63,785 bases of DNA, filler included, from Octopus bimaculoides (GCF_001194135.2; 8 parts of 8 records of this genome joined end to end with filler, not necessarily neighbours in it); one strand, 5' to 3'. Positions 10,938 to 25,890 are shown, numbered from the whole stretch's first letter. The notes: a model not told the origin generated them from the sequence alone. Made by a program: numbers and translations.

Positions 10938-11517
10938 AACATTACGTTGCCATATAAAGCAAAAGTTCGGAATGCACTTGGGTGCAAATCTATTTATTGG
11001 AACATTACTTCCAAATAAATTACGTAAGTAAACTCCTTAACAAACTGGTAATATCGGGGAACTTGTGAATGTGAAGAGACGATGTTTTTAATGCCTTAAC
11101 CCATTCATTACCTACCAGTGATCTCATATGAGATCACTTAAAAATTGCAAATTTCGTAATTATCTGTGAATATTTACACATATCTAACCTTTTTGCTATA
11201 TCTACTAGGTATATTTCTCTGATATTCAAATGAGGTTTGCTAATTTTACACCCAATATCTCGCTCATTTCTATTTAAAATGTTATTTTGAAATGTTATTT
11301 CGATCATTCCAGCGTGTTTCTAAGGCTCTTTTATGCTAGAAATCAAAGTTTCATAAAAAAGAATTCCAGTTAATAGAATTATGGGAGGTGGTTAATTCAA
11401 ATTAAATATTTACTGTCTTATCGTCTAACTTCTCTAATGTAGTTAGAAATAAATAAATAATAATCATAAGCATGCACGTTGATTTGATGTGATACTACTA
11501 TTGAAGTATATTTTCAG

Positions 11518-11556
11518 CTAGGATTATCGGAACATATATTGCCGAAAGGCTCATAC
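11518..11556 (+). other. Candidate 39-nt exon (LGLSEHILPKGSY in phase 0; may be UTR)
   Basis: gtatattttcag| ... TAC|GTAAGC. Confidence 0.35.
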
Positions 11557-12251
11557 GTAAGCACGCATTGTCACAACCATTGACCCATATACAAACACAA
11601 GTTCATGTAATGAGCATATGTTCCGTCTCTCTTTAATACCTAACGTTGGGTCTGTATAGAAACGACGCGTTCATCAAAGAATCCACTATATTCTCTTTAT
11701 TGTTTTGAACAGACATAACGGAAATATTTCTAATTTCTTTGTATTAATACAGAGAAAAACATCTCGATATTTCATGTGAGATAAACACATTAATACTTTT
11801 AGGTCAGATAAACAAGATGTTTTGGTGATTGTTAATATCAAGATTTCATCCACACTCACAAGTGTATACACATATGTAGTTGCAAGCAGAGATGTTTATA
11901 NNNNNNNNNNNNNNNNNNNNNNNNNNNNNNNNNNNNNNNNNNNNNNNNNNNNNNNNNNNNNNNNNNNNNNNNNNNNNNNNNNNNNNNNNNNNNNNNNNNN
12001 NNNNNNNNNNNNNNNNNNNNNNNNNNNNNNNNNNNNNNNNNNNNNNNNNNNNNNNNNNNNNNNNNNNNNNNNNNNNNNNNNNNNNNNNNNNNNNNNNNNN
12101 NNNNNNNNNNNNNNNNNNNNNNNNNNNNNNNNNNNNNNNNNNNNNNNNNNNNNNNNNNNNNNNNNNNNNNNNNNNNNNNNNNNNNNNNNNNNNNNNNNNN
12201 NNNNNNNNNNNNNNNNNNNNNNNNNNNNNNNNNNNNNNNNNNNNNNNNNNN

Positions 12252-12315
<64 letters not shown>

Positions 12316-14113
12316 TGTGTGTGTGTGTGTGTATAGCGATAGACAGATAGATACGTTTAACATATATTTATTAACTGAGATCTCATACATTCATTCACGA
12401 AAGACACGTTTGCAAAGCACACATTATTCATGTACTTACAAGCAGCAGCATCTCTTCTTTGTCATTCTCATGACCTATGTTTTTTCACACCCCACTTTAT
12501 GCACATACTCACAAAGAGATGTATATATGAGTGCGCGCCTATGTGTGTTCATATGAGCACACGAAATCGTACAAATAAATCTCAATTCTTATTCATAATT
12601 TATGAATAAAATAAAGAAAACGTCAACATCAATTTAACGACATTATTTTTGACATCACATAGTAATCTCAGCCAAAAATATTATAGAAATACTGTGTTGT
12701 AGGTGTCATATGAGATGTCGAATTTAGGTGTTGAGTTAATTTGTAATTCATCATTATACTAACACTACTTGTGTACGGAAGAGTATATTTACTAAAAAGC
12801 TTCATCTTAATTAAAAACATTTACATGTATTCTATTCATATTCCCATGTGACGTTGTAGGTGTATTAGATATTTTGATAGTTTTTAAGCATGTGTATTAA
12901 TGTATACTAAAGCACTTTAAGTTCTGCATGAACTCAGCTTTACTAATATTAATCATATTTTGAACTTTTTTCAATGGGGTGCATCCTCACGTAACTGAAT
13001 AAACAATGTGTGACACTACCATGCAAAAAGAGTTTATCACGTTCATTATCGTAGTGTCAATAAGCGAATAAATAGGATATCACAATTCACTGATAAAAAA
13101 TATGGGAAGTCTATTATAATCCCTAGAACACAATGAGCCTCCCTGCATTATCCGATATAAATCTCAAACTAAATACCCTTTAGTCAGTTTTAAATCAGAG
13201 GCCCACAGTGGAACACAGTAGTTTTTTTGGGGGGTGGGGGGGCCTTTTATTTATTTCTTTTTCGTGAGAGAGATGAGACCTGTGCCTATTTACTTCTTGT
13301 GCTTATTTACTTCCAGTGCCCGCCAGTTTTACTGACTATTTGAAGGGAAATTATATAAATTCTATTGTTTTATACAGAATGCTTAGCATATTTACGAGAA
13401 TAAATTTGTATAGCTGAATTGTTTATTGCTTGATATAAAAATTAATCAATTAGGGAATAATTTCTTTTTTTTTTTTTTTTGTAATACTTTTAAGTTTCAC
13501 CGAAGTTGAGTGATAAATCTAATTATCTGAAGAAGTNNNNNNNNNNNNNNNNNNNNNNNNNNNNNNNNNNNNNNNNNNNNNNNNNNNNNNNNNNNNNNNN
13601 NNNNNNNNNNNNNNNNNNNNNNNNNNNNNNNNNNNNNNNNNNNNNNNNNNNNNNNNNNNNNNNNNNNNNNNNNNNNNNNNNNNNNNNNNNNNNNNNNNNN
13701 NNNNNNNNNNNNNNNNNNNNNNNNNNNNNNNNNNNNNNNNNNNNNNNNNNNNNNNNNNNNNNNNNNNNNNNNNNNNNNNNNNNNNNNNNNNNNNNNNNNN
13801 NNNNNNNNNNNNNNNNNNNNNNNNNNNNNNNNNNNNNNNNNNNNNNNNNNNNNNNNNNNNNNNNNNNNNNNNNNNNNNNNNNNNNNNNNNNNNNNTAAAT
13901 CTTCAATTGCTGATGCGAAATTATATTATAAAGTTTCATTTTTACGTTTCTAAATCTTGTACAAAATAACCTTCCCAGCAAATATCTTCAAAATGCTATC
14001 ACATCTACGTAACCATTGAATTAGTGCCTCTTCGAAATGCTTGCAACTCTCAGTCTGGGAAGGTGTCACTGCGAGCTGTTTTTTTTTTTTTTTTTCTAAC
14101 CACTTGTCTACAG

Positions 14114-14249
14114 CTAGAAATCTGCATGACAAAATACAATGAATACCTTTCTTACGGCTTCGAATATGCCCCAAACATATTTGAACTGGATATAAATTTG
14201 CATTTATGCACATCAGTGCTTAGCGCTACTATCTAATAATTTGTTGGCG
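14114..14249 (+). other. Candidate exon (phase 0: LEICMTKYNEYLSYGFEYAPNIFELDINLHLCTSVLSATI**)
   Basis: Poly-T tract, CTAAC branch point and ctacag| acceptor; donor GCG|GTGAGC; 40 open codons. Confidence 0.45.
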
Positions 14250-17200
14250 GTGAGCCGCTGATTAGCACTACCATTCATTGTACGATGACGGGAATATCAT
14301 AAAAGAGACAACCTCTTTTATTAGCTCGCGGTGCATCCTGCCCAGTTTCTGTGACCGAAGAGAAAATAACCTCTCTCAAATGCTTGCCTCTCACAGTCTT
14401 GGCAGTTGATGCTGTGAGATGATTTTGGTGCATATACACCATTGTTCTACACAGAGAAATATTCTTCATGACAAGATAGCATATTTGAGGCTGGCAATAA
14501 CCTTGTGTGTGTGTGTAAAAGAGAGAGACAGAGCCACACATGAGTTCAATGATACATAGACTAATATCGTACCTTTCGAATATTCAAATTTGGTTGCTGC
14601 ATGTTTGGGACATATATTTCTAGTTTATTTGCTTTAAGATCTGTTAACGTATGTATACTACCTCTATGAAGTGCGTCTATGCAGTGCATCTATATTTTGA
14701 CATCATGTTTTACCGAATAATGAAACATATATAGCATATGAAATAAAGGAGCACAAATATCAGCCCCACGTTCTTTTCTCTCATTAGTGATGTGCCCATG
14801 CATTATCCCGTGGGAATACCCAACGGTGAGAATTGACTATATCTGCAATAAAATACGAAATGTGAATGTAATAATTGTCTATATATATATATACAAGAAT
14901 AAGGGCAGGGAATCGTCAATTAATAATAGAATTAATAATTAACAATTTTGCCAAGTAGTTCAGTATGAAAAAACCTTTATCGGTAAAACCATTTATCATC
15001 ATAAATATACAGGGATTAGCATTGAGTTGCTTCTCCAACATACTGAACATTTAGAAATAGCAGTCAAAGAACTACTGATTCTAAACTACAAATTTTTCTC
15101 TAAATGGATGGCGATATTTATGGCACACATAGAACAAAAAACCGGAGGGGAAAGCATAAACAAATACACACACACACACACATACACACACACACACACA
15201 TATATATATATATTATATCTGTACATATATTCATACATGCCCCCCCCCCTACACACACACACACGCATATATATGTGTGTGACTCTGTGTGTGTGTGTGT
15301 GTGCTTGTATATGCATGTATATGTATGAATATATGTATGTATTTACATGCATATTTATATATGTTTAAGTATACGTATATGCGTCTGCTTGTTGGCCTGA
15401 TTTCTGGAGTATTTCGATTAAGTATTATATGATAGATGTGATAAATTGCTATACTAAGCGAGTACGGTTTCAAGATAAAGAAATGAGACAATATGTAAAA
15501 ATAAAACAAATCATTGCTTTAGAATTTCCAGTTATATTTTTTCAATATTCTGTGACACCCTGTGTCACTTTGTATACTTCGTGTGTGAACACCTCTAAGT
15601 TTATGGTCACTTACAACACGTGGTGGTACAGTATTGGCAACAAGACATAATATAGAAAATATTTGAAAAATATGATGTATGAAATCTTTTAGTATTTTAC
15701 TGTTAGGTCTTGCCATATCGACCGTCCCTATCTTTGAAGTAGGTTATGTGTAGTCTTGACTATTATTATTTATCAGTTTTTTTAAATATTGTTTGAATGT
15801 GTTATTCTAATAATATCAAAGAAAAATTGGGAAGCTATATTGATTGCTTTTGTGAACAGAGAGGTCAAGCTTGAATTTAAAGATCAAGTCTTAGAATAAA
15901 AATGAATCCATGTTAGAGGGATAAAAGATAAAATAATAGTATTTGACTCTACAAGTGCTTTTGGTGGCTATCAATTCGTGATTCATGCACAATAAAATTT
16001 GAAGTAAAAAAGTTCACACAAATTTCTAGGATTTTTATCCGTGTTAGAATCTTGATATTCTCACTCCAGCATATTTTTTCAACAACCACATTTTTGTCGT
16101 CCGCATTTTACTTCTTTTATGGTTCTTATTTTCAATTAAATTCTGAGTTGTAACAGTTCTTAATAGGAACATACGTTTCGCTCAGAAATTCGTGACAAAT
16201 TTGAAATAGAATAGAGTAAAGCATGCATTATAACCCGTATTCAAATAATTAGGTAAATCAGAAGACTCTTTTAAAGCTTCAACTTTGTAAGTAACGGGGG
16301 GAACATTTTAAAACAGAATCACAACAATAAATTACTTATTTCTAATGTTATAGCAAGATGATTTTTATCCCTTCATATATATGGTTTTGAGACTAGATAC
16401 AGATTCTTGAAACCGTTCTCTATGACATTTGGGCAAGAAAAATTCATGTAAGAGAAAATTCTAATATTATTAACAATCATGTTTTCATATCAGTAATTCC
16501 CATGTCACTTTTATTAAGAAAATCTGAAAAATATGAGACAGAAGAATTACAGGAAGAACAGAGCAACTACTGAAATATTTTTTCCCTGGTATTTTATGAA
16601 CATAACAACTTCACCAATGTTATGCCTGAAACCATTTTCATTAAAAAATAGTCAGACGAGCAGAAACAGGCAGGTAACTTTAGTACCTATGAATGGTGGG
16701 ATAATAAAGTTGGTATTCAGGTTACTATATGGTAGTCATGGCGTGAGATTATATTAAAATAAGTAATTTCTATTTCATGTAGTAAACAGTCTATTTTATA
16801 TTTCTTGATTGAGAACAAGAATGTCTACCATAAATCATTTCGAGTTTCATTGCCTTTCTGCTTGTTTTCTATAAACTGATAAGATACGTATTTGATTTTT
16901 TACATCAGAGATTTTTAATAAAAATGTAATTAGTTGCATGTTTCCAACACAAAAACTCTGTGAGAGGAACAAGAGAGTGTCGTAAGTTTTTTGTATTTCG
17001 TCAATGATTATATCATTCACCGATACATACATGCATATAGAAGGCTAAAATGATCTTCTCTCTAGACAGAAGTCTAATTTATTTAACATTGCTCACCACA
17101 TATAAACAACCAAATAACTTCACTCCTCATTAACAGATTGAAAATTAAAATAGAATCTATATATGATGATAGTAAGAAGAGAAAATTTGAGTCTATGAAT

Positions 17201-17349
17201 ACATGTTAATTGCCCTTAAATAGGATCTAGATAGAAGCTGATAATGAAAATTTCGTTATCAGAAGAAAGAAGGTAAACGAAAAATAATTATCAAGAAGCT
17301 TAATGAAAACTAATCAGCAATTTACATAGACATGAGGGGATAATTAATA

Positions 17350-18930
17350 AATGCTACAGAGATTCCTTCGCGGGAAATACAAAGTCATTCTGGTGGAAAA
17401 GGTGCTGTGAAGCAGAGGAGATTAATCTATATGCAGAGTGCCAAAAATTTAGCAAAACATCAATGGTGAAGCGCTTGAAATTGTGATTCAAAATATTTTG
17501 GATAGGAAAGCACCAGAAAGAGACTTGATTGTGGAATACTGGAACCAAAATCTAACCTTCTATTCATCTTTACCGGTAAGCTAAACCCATTACCTACTTG
17601 TGGAAGCTCTGGAATTATGTGCCAAGATTGTGAAAAGTATGAAGGAAATCTTTGCCAAAATATATTCTCAAAATATCTAGAGAGCGGCAGGATAAAATTT
17701 ATTACATAGTCGTAACACGATGGAAAACTACAATCCCATGAAGTAATACATCTATTTCTGCGGTGAATATTTCTCCGATATGTGATGAAGACTGTTACAG
17801 ACACGTATGAATGGATAGAGACTGAAATTTGGAAAGTATAACCTGGGGCTATAATATCGGTATAAAGAAATTACAATTCTTTGAACTTTCCGCATATAGA
17901 AATCATTAGCTCATAATGTGTTTGCTATAATTATGCTCGTGGCAACATTTCGGCTACTTGATTGGATGCTTGATGAGTCCGAGGCTGTGATGATAAAAGC
18001 CGAAACTATTAATCTATATGAGACATTTTCATGGCATCAGTAGATTACCTCTACTTTAAGCGTTAACTAACATGATTGGAAAACATTGACATATTTTTTT
18101 ATTCCATATACTAAGCACGAAATATTGATGGCCAGTCATATTGGAGGTATGGTTGGAAAGGAATTTCTCAAAATGTATTCTCTGCATGATGACCACAGAT
18201 AAACATTTAGAAAATAGCACAAATCATCTCCAACAGGAAAAGAAATGCTCTATGCATAAAACCAAAGTTTCCTACATTCCTATATTACAAGAAGGCTTCG
18301 AAGTTATAATGCAATCTGAGTAACCTGTTAAGTCCATCTTGGACTAAAAACCGTGTGTTAATCCCTATTTGAAGGAGATAGTTTTTCTACCATGAACAGG
18401 TAATAACAAAACACATGTTGCACAATGGGAAGAAAAATGCAGAAAACACATATATCACGGCCGATGCAGAATCTATGGCATTTGAACTGTAGTATTACCC
18501 ATGTTGAAAGTAACTGATTGAAAATATCATCTTAATAATACTGCATATGAGATATGGTACCCTAGCGAGAAAATTATATAATTACATACATTAGTGTGAT
18601 GTCTCCAGCAAAGTTTCACATAACGTGCAACAATGCTAGTGGAGTTTTTCATGTAAAGACTTGCAAAAACAGTAAGCATGGTGAGATATAATGATCTGAG
18701 ACAGTTAAAAGAAGTTCTGCGTGGCTATTGGAATCCGTTGTCCAGCAGATGTCAACAGAATTAGCGATTTTTTTGACATAAAGATTAAGATAATTGAAAA
18801 GGTATACGCCGATCTGTCGAGAAATCTGCAGTTTCTCGATTATATCTTAAAATTTCTAACTGTAACTATTGGAGCACATGGTTACGTGACGAAACACTTA
18901 CTACCAATCTTGAGAAGATAAGTTTTATTA
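17350..18930 (+). mobile_element. Decayed, internally deleted RLE-type non-LTR retrotransposon (Dong/R4-like)
   Basis: Fragments ILDRKAPERDLIVEYWNQNLTFY (RT N-terminal region), HGRCR (zinc-knuckle remnant), CPADVN...EKVYADLSRNLQFL...IGAHGYV (restriction-like endonuclease); many stops and frameshifts. Confidence 0.75.
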
Positions 18931-19273
18931 AATTAGAATAAACACATTAAATGAAAGTATTGCAGCTATTTTTTTTTTTGCAAAGCTACTGTTAAGCTAT
19001 GTAAAGCGTTCAATCAATTCAGCCTATAATGCGATTCATATGTGTATTTCAATCCATAACTGTATCAGTGTGTACGACTGTAGGTATGTATACATAGAGG
19101 TATACACGTGAACATGCATGCATAGATAGATACATGCGCTCACGAATACATGTAGAAAGATATACATATATCTACTTGCACACGCAAACACACATATACT
19201 TGGGTATATGTATACATTGATTACATACATATATACATACACACACACAGACACACACATACATATATACACG

Positions 19274-19300
<27 letters not shown>

Positions 19301-19305
<5 letters not shown>

Positions 19306-19590
19306 GCTTAGTGGTTAGAAGGTTTCACTCACGATCGTGAGATCATGGTTTTGATTCCTACACCGTGTGGTGCGTTGTGTTCTTGAGAAAAACACTATAT
19401 CTCACATCACTCTGCCATCACTTCGACACCTGACACGTGGTATACCGTGCACTTGTTCAGAAAACGTCGGTTTCATGGAGAGGGTGAGTTAATGTGGCAC
19501 GAACATTTGATTACTATAAACAAATCTTTTATGCAGGTCGTTGGACATATGCTGAACACTCATACGCCATCTTCGACGTAAGAGTCCATC
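19301..19590 (+). mobile_element. SINE with family-C-like head and a different tail
   Basis: TGGCTTAGTGGTTAG box A, CACGATCGTGA, GTGTTCTTGAG core. Confidence 0.7.
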
Positions 19591-20758
19591 ATCATCAGCA
19601 GCAGCTGCAGCATCGTTATCGTGGACGCCTCTCATGAGAATCCAGTAAGGTTAAAAAATCGATTAAAGTTGTTCATCAGTTTTTCAGTCTGCGAAGATAT
19701 GGAATTTGCATATTCAAAACGTTTACCGTAAACGAATTTAAAAGATATATATGAAGTACATCGAATCAGGTTACACTTAGCAAACATCAACCATTTATAA
19801 GGTACCAGCCAATACAAGATAAAAGTATTTAACTCTAGCTTAAAACTAAACTTGGAGACACGATGTGGGGAAGCGAACACATTTAACCCCAGCACCTTGA
19901 TTAAAGTTTATATTTAATTTTATCCCCGTACATGGTTAGTACATTCGAAAATATTTTCAAAAAGTATCCTGCGTCTCTCAATAATTAATCGAAATATGTA
20001 TTTTTAAATACGTCTCCTTGTTGCACGTCCGTCCGCTTAACAGTGCATCTCCACTCACATTTACAATCTTTGATATCTATGGAAGATTTTATTGGCTTTT
20101 GGATAGCATAGTTCTTCTTTTAACACTACAGCATTACTGACAAGGAATAGAAAATATAATGGTCCTCCAAAATCATTGCATATTGCATTGTAACCGATGG
20201 TTCTCCTATAAAGTAAAGTTGCATTTCTTGGTAGAAGAAAATTCTGTTTATGTTCGTCAGAGAAATGTTGTTGATCAGGAAAAGAAAGGGAGAGACAGAG
20301 AGAAAGGGAAGGGTAGGGAGAGAAAGAGAAAAAGAGACAGACAGACTGAGTGTATGTGAATGACTGAAAGAAGTAAGAGGGAGCAATCGGCAAAAGTACT
20401 TGATTGATATTTTATTCATGAAGTGCGGGAGGAAGAACGAGAAATGTGAACTCTGTAAGGCTTGAATTCAATTCACAACGTAAAATACCAAAAGTATTAT
20501 TCATTTACCCAACATTCTAATGCTTTTAACATTTTTAACGTCTAATAACTCTGTTATATTGAAAGCAAAGTTTACATAACAACACTTATACACTATCGTC
20601 ATAAAATAGAGAAGTTGTTGTCCCATCATTCACACTACAATGAGTAGCATATTTTGCGTTCCAATTTGCCTGGACGTATTAGGAATTAATATGCAAGCAA
20701 TCTTGTCAAACCTCTCTACCTGCAGCGCAAAGTACGCTTTATTTTTATCGTTTAGCAG

Positions 20759-20876
20759 ATATAAGCACCGGTCAGCAAACAATTTGCTTGCCGAAATTAT
20801 TAACATGCACAGTGACTTGTTTAGGCTCAAAGATCCAGGAACATGTAGCTGACGAAACAAACACATCGAAACGCAG
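20759..20876 (+). CDS. Isolated candidate exon (ISTGQQTICLPKLLTCTVTCLGSKIQEHVADETNTSKR), phase 1 to 2
   Basis: ctttatttttatcgtttagcag| and CAG|GTGGGT; open frame. Confidence 0.3.
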
Positions 20877-22134
20877 GTGGGTCAGAATCCCTTGCGCCAA
20901 TAAGCCGTGTGTGTTACAAACACACTGTGGTCGCAACAGTGAGTTGTTCTCAGCGATCGGCATATTTTGCTTTCAAACCTGGCTGAACGAATTAAGAATA
21001 AACATGCAAATAATCATTATATTCAAAACAGTTTAATCGATTATATTGCAGCATTAGAAACGTTTCCTCAGTTCAGTTAGTCAAATATTCTGTGTTTTCA
21101 TTCAACAAACACAGCAGAAATCGATTTCCTTATTCAAGTGAATGAAAGTAATTAAAAAATAATATCAATCGAATCTTAATCCTTGATTAATCTCTCAATC
21201 GACCCCGACCACCGCTTGTAGCACGTCACTGTCACATCGCCTATGATATTGTGAATCAACAAAGAAGCCACTACGTAGTCCCACGGTCTACCAGAAGTGT
21301 TTATCATAGCCCCTTGAAATCACAACCATCGCTTCATAAATTTTGTAAATTATAATGAATTATTTGCACAGAGGTGGAAGACGTGATTGTCACAGTTTGA
21401 TGTCTATGAATATAGGGCATATCGATTAAGGATGACTTGGATCTATAATTACTTTGCAAATAGCAACTGTGAAAGTAATAACAACAACCATTACAATAAC
21501 AACTGGCGATAGTGGAATGGTGTAATTATCAGAAAATCCAACTTTTCTGCCGCAATCCAATCAAATATGATGTGTAATAAAACACTCTTTCATTTGGAGC
21601 AGCCAACTGTTAGAGAAACATGGTTAGTGAGACATCGTTAGTGAAACATGGTTATTGTTTGGAAAGACCGATAAAATTTTAATTATTATAAAAATGAAAA
21701 TTTAAAATAAAAAATAAACGATCTAATTAGTTTGATATTTTGTCTGGTCATTAAATATGTGCAAAAATAATTATCATAGAAGGTGTGAATCTATAAACTA
21801 TAAAATGATTTCCAAGAAACTAATAAAATTATTATTGCCCAAGCATGTGAAAAAAAAAAAAAAACAAATAAACAAATATAATTAACAAAAAACTATGCTG
21901 TCTCCTCGACTTTATCAGTTCTATTGATTTCAGACACAAAGAAAATATAATGCGGTGATGTTCATGCTTACTTTTGAAATCATTATCATAACACATGTAC
22001 AGGTATCCTAGCAAAGTTTCACAGATACTATTTCGCCAGTGGAGCTTCTATGCGGTCGTTTCATCTGCTAGAAATATCAGGCGAATACCCGCTAACAAAT
22101 TACTACTCCTATAAAACGACGATAAGTTTTAGAG

Positions 22135-23013
22135 CAGTTGTTCACACCCAGAGACCATATGGCCCTTGGGGATCTATATAATATTTCATGGGGTCCATGC
22201 AAGCAAAATAATAAATTGGGGATCCACTGTAATATTTTAAGGATCAATGAAAATTATGCTTGAGATGCATTTATTACAAGAAACAGCAAAATCTGTTCCT
22301 CTGATGTTTTATATAGGTCATCAGTGGTGGACTGACCAGGATGGCAGCTTGACCGATGGCAAGTGGGTCCCTGCACTATGGGTGCCCATGTTAGAATCTA
22401 AGGGGCCCATCCCCTCAAGTTTGAGAATCTTTAATTTACTCCTGGAAGAATGCATTAATTATTTCAGCCTGGTTGTGTTTGTAGACAGTTGAAAAGAATA
22501 CTTTTTGTAAAAAAAAAAAAAACAAGAAATTAAATGATAGTAAAGTAGTTGGGGATGGGCCACCGTAGTCTCTGGCAACCAATATTTTAAAACCCAGTCC
22601 ACCACTGTAGGTCATCCTACTGTACACAAAGTTAGTGCGTAACAATTATAGTAGGAATTTTGAAAGAAGTATCTATAAAACTAGTTCTTAAACATCGAAT
22701 TACATGGGGGTCCACCAGAATAAAAAGGGATCTTTAACCACTGAAAGTTGTTGTTGACAAACAACAGCAGTAATGTTATGTCGAAATTACTGAAATACGA
22801 CAACTTTAACACAAATAACTTTGAAAATACAAACTTTTCTCAACAGCACTAAGAGTAAAAGATGTTTTATATGACACATTCTACCAATGTCCGAAGTTTG
22901 AAAGTGTTTAGTTACAAAAATGTAATTTCTCGATGTGCCGTTGAAAGGGAAAAGATCCTAAAGAAGTAACGAAAGGAGTCTATAGGTTAAAAAAAAATCG
23001 TTGAGAACCACTG
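22135..23013. mobile_element. hAT-type non-autonomous element (outer)
   Basis: Ends CAGTTGTTCACAC / GTTGAGAACCACTG; flanks TTTTAGAG and TTTTAGAT (7/8 TSD). Confidence 0.55.
22322..22607. mobile_element. hAT-type MITE (286 bp), nested
   Basis: 13-bp perfect TIR CAGTGGTGGACTG; perfect 8-bp TSD TAGGTCAT (22314-22321, 22608-22615). Confidence 0.9.
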
Positions 23014-23278
23014 TTTTAGATAGAAAGTAATGACAAAATTATGTTTATGTATTTGGTACGCGGGATTATGGCTAAGTTTTGGACAGAGAACAGCAGCAAA
23101 TATATNNNNNNNNNNNNNNNNNNNNNNNNNNNNNNNNNNNNNNNNNNNNNNNNNNNNNNNNNNNNNNNNNNNNNNNNNNNNNNNNNNNNNNNNNNNNNNN
23201 NNNNNNNNNNNNNTATATATACATATATATATATATACATACATACATACATACATACATACATACATACATACATAC

Positions 23279-23390
23279 ATAGGGAGAATTCACAAAAAGC
23301 AAAACAAATGACGAAGACCGGTGGTGTAGACAACAAACAGATGTATTAGTATAACGCTCGGGAAGTGAAAACGTCTTTAACGTTTCGAGC
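23279..23390 (-). mobile_element. Penelope-like unit, truncated inside the hammerhead-like motif by a (CA)n tract
   Basis: Homologous to 6993-7103, ends ...AACGTTTCGAGC|ACACAC. Confidence 0.7.
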
Positions 23391-25890
23391 ACACACACAC
23401 ACACACACACACATGGAAAGCTGTTAACTTGCCTCTTCGTACTACAGATTACTGCCTGCCCCTTTAATAAAAAAAATATTCCTCAATTTAACATGTCACT
23501 ACGTTTATATCAAGTTTTACTGAACGTTTGTCCGACTGTTGTAATCGAGTTTATCTGAAGTAAGAGGATAGAAATGAATGCAGAGTAGCATTCTGAGTAC
23601 TTCTATTATGGTTCAAATTCACAGAAATTACTGAAATCGAAAATACCTATAGCAATAAATGCTCTTAAGTGTTGCTGCTCAAAGAAACAAATTAGGAAGA
23701 GAATCGAATGTACAATTTATAAAGCCAGTAATGTATTTCTGACCTAGGAACTAGATCTATATATGTTTATATAGACTGTTTACATAGTATGTTACATTGA
23801 ATGATTTCTCAAATAAAGTTGTTCAGAATCAAATAGAGAGAAGTTTAACTAGAAAAATTTATGAATAAATTCATAGTCATACTACTCCCAAGAGACTTAA
23901 ATATCTTATCAATGGTCACAACACGAATGCTGTTACTATATTACAAAATAATTATATGGTGGTTATATAGTTCATGTATTACTTCGATTCTATAACTTTG
24001 TTATTCTCTTTAATTGCTTATACGTGCAAATGTTGACACAAACCCTATAAGAGTATATTTTTCTTTTATTAATGAGAATGAATAAATTAAGATGAAGAAG
24101 ACGATTGAATAGAGAGCAGAATTCAAATAAATACATTTTCACGAAGAGTACCCGGGACCCGCTTTCCCAGTAGCAATCAGTAACCTCTACCGTTCATCGT
24201 ATTTTTTGCAATTCAGTTTTCATGTTTAGCGTATACTTTAAAGATAGATCATTTTAAATCTTCAGAATAAACAAGGTCTAATCTTTTAACTAATTCGTTT
24301 TGATATATTGATTTTTTTTTCGACACGTGATATCTTTGGTCGTCTAATAGCAATAATGACTACCGTACACTATCTAATAATAATGTAAGTATCCAATATT
24401 GAAGGAAAAATAAATGAAACAGGCTTCGGAATTCTTATTACGATTTAAGAAAGCAATCAATATCTAATCGACCATCGTCAATATGTTGTAGCTGTAGGAT
24501 AAAGGTTAAGATCATGGAGGTCATTTACCTACAATTACTGTCTCATCCCAGTTTTCAGGTAGCAGACATAAATAATAAATGTTTTTTTTTTTCTTTTTCA
24601 ACCTAATATGAGACTTAACATATTGGAAATGTAGCTTCTAATTTCGTTTCTTTGCATATCTTTTCGTTATTTTTCTGCTTTGACAGCCCAATACGGTCTC
24701 CGTATTATTTTAGTCTTCAATCAACAATTTATTTTAGGGCAAATTTATTTGAATAGTTCTTAAGTGGACAGGTGTCATAAAGGCTCTAATAAGGTGGACA
24801 TGGGGAAACATGGGGAGGTTTACGCACTTAACATTTTTTCTATTCAGAACTAGAATGTATGAGTGAATATCAGAATTATCATAATTATTAAAAGGCAGGA
24901 ACGCCGAAGTGTTAAGATCTGAATTCAATTCCTTCCGTGGTTGATTAACTTGCAGCATATCAGTCATTTAGTAAACTTCTGTACATTCTTTTGTAGGTCA
25001 CTTTTCAATTTAGTTCATATATAACAATGTCAATAACATTTTGGTGTCGTCTGTTTTCTATCGTTCTTTTTATTTTTTTAAATTTTGGCTCCCTGTCAGT
25101 TTTACACCCAACTAATGTTTCTTTCCCGAGATGGGAATACCTTTCACATCCTGTTTCTTTACTTTAAATCCCAGCACATTATGAGAACATAGACCTAATA
25201 TTTGAAATATCTTTATCTATAATCAAAACTTATATTTCGAAAATATGCATGAAAATATTGGTTTCAAATTTTAGCCCTGTCCTTTCAATGTTGAATTGTT
25301 ATAATACCGAATTCGGTATACAGTATACTAAGTAAAACTAGTAAAAACACGACTATCTCTCACCACCAACTATGTACCTTTTCCTTATCTAGAGAGAAAA
25401 CGACAAAACCGCATGACAATGATTAAGAGAACGTTTAATGATATGTTAACATGTATGTCTGTGTGTGCATCATATATACAGAATAATAGACAGGCCATCA
25501 TGAGAACAATATTTATATGCGTGTGTAAGCATAGATGTATGCGCGTATATAGAACATACAAGGATGGCAATGAAGACGAAGACAGTGAAAGAATCAAACA
25601 GCCATCGAAGTGAGAAGTAAGTTCATAGATACAAGAAATAAAATACCAGTTCGTAGTCATTAGTACCCGGTAGTTGAAATATTGTATCAAGAAATTGCGG
25701 CCATTATGCTGCGCAAGTTACAGGTGCATATCGTAGGTGAAATCATGGCTGTGATGCTGCTGCCTGTGTCACTTGATACAGGTCGTAAATCCGCTATTGA
25801 TACGGTGAAATAATTCACGAACAGCGAACTGTTGTAACCTGGGTGAATTGCTTGTTGAGTTGTGTACGTAGAGAGATGATATTGACGATG

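Noticed and set aside
14294-14452. Minus-strand segment NCQDCERQAFERGYFLFGHRNWAGC, vaguely WSC-like
   Set aside because: Ends in a stop with no convincing donor or partner exons
17965-18010. TGATGA...GCCGAAAC hammerhead-like string
   Set aside because: No consistent helices, and it lies inside a decayed LINE coding remnant
25304-25319. Perfect 16-bp palindrome ATACCGAATTCGGTAT
   Set aside because: About one such palindrome is expected by chance in a window of this size
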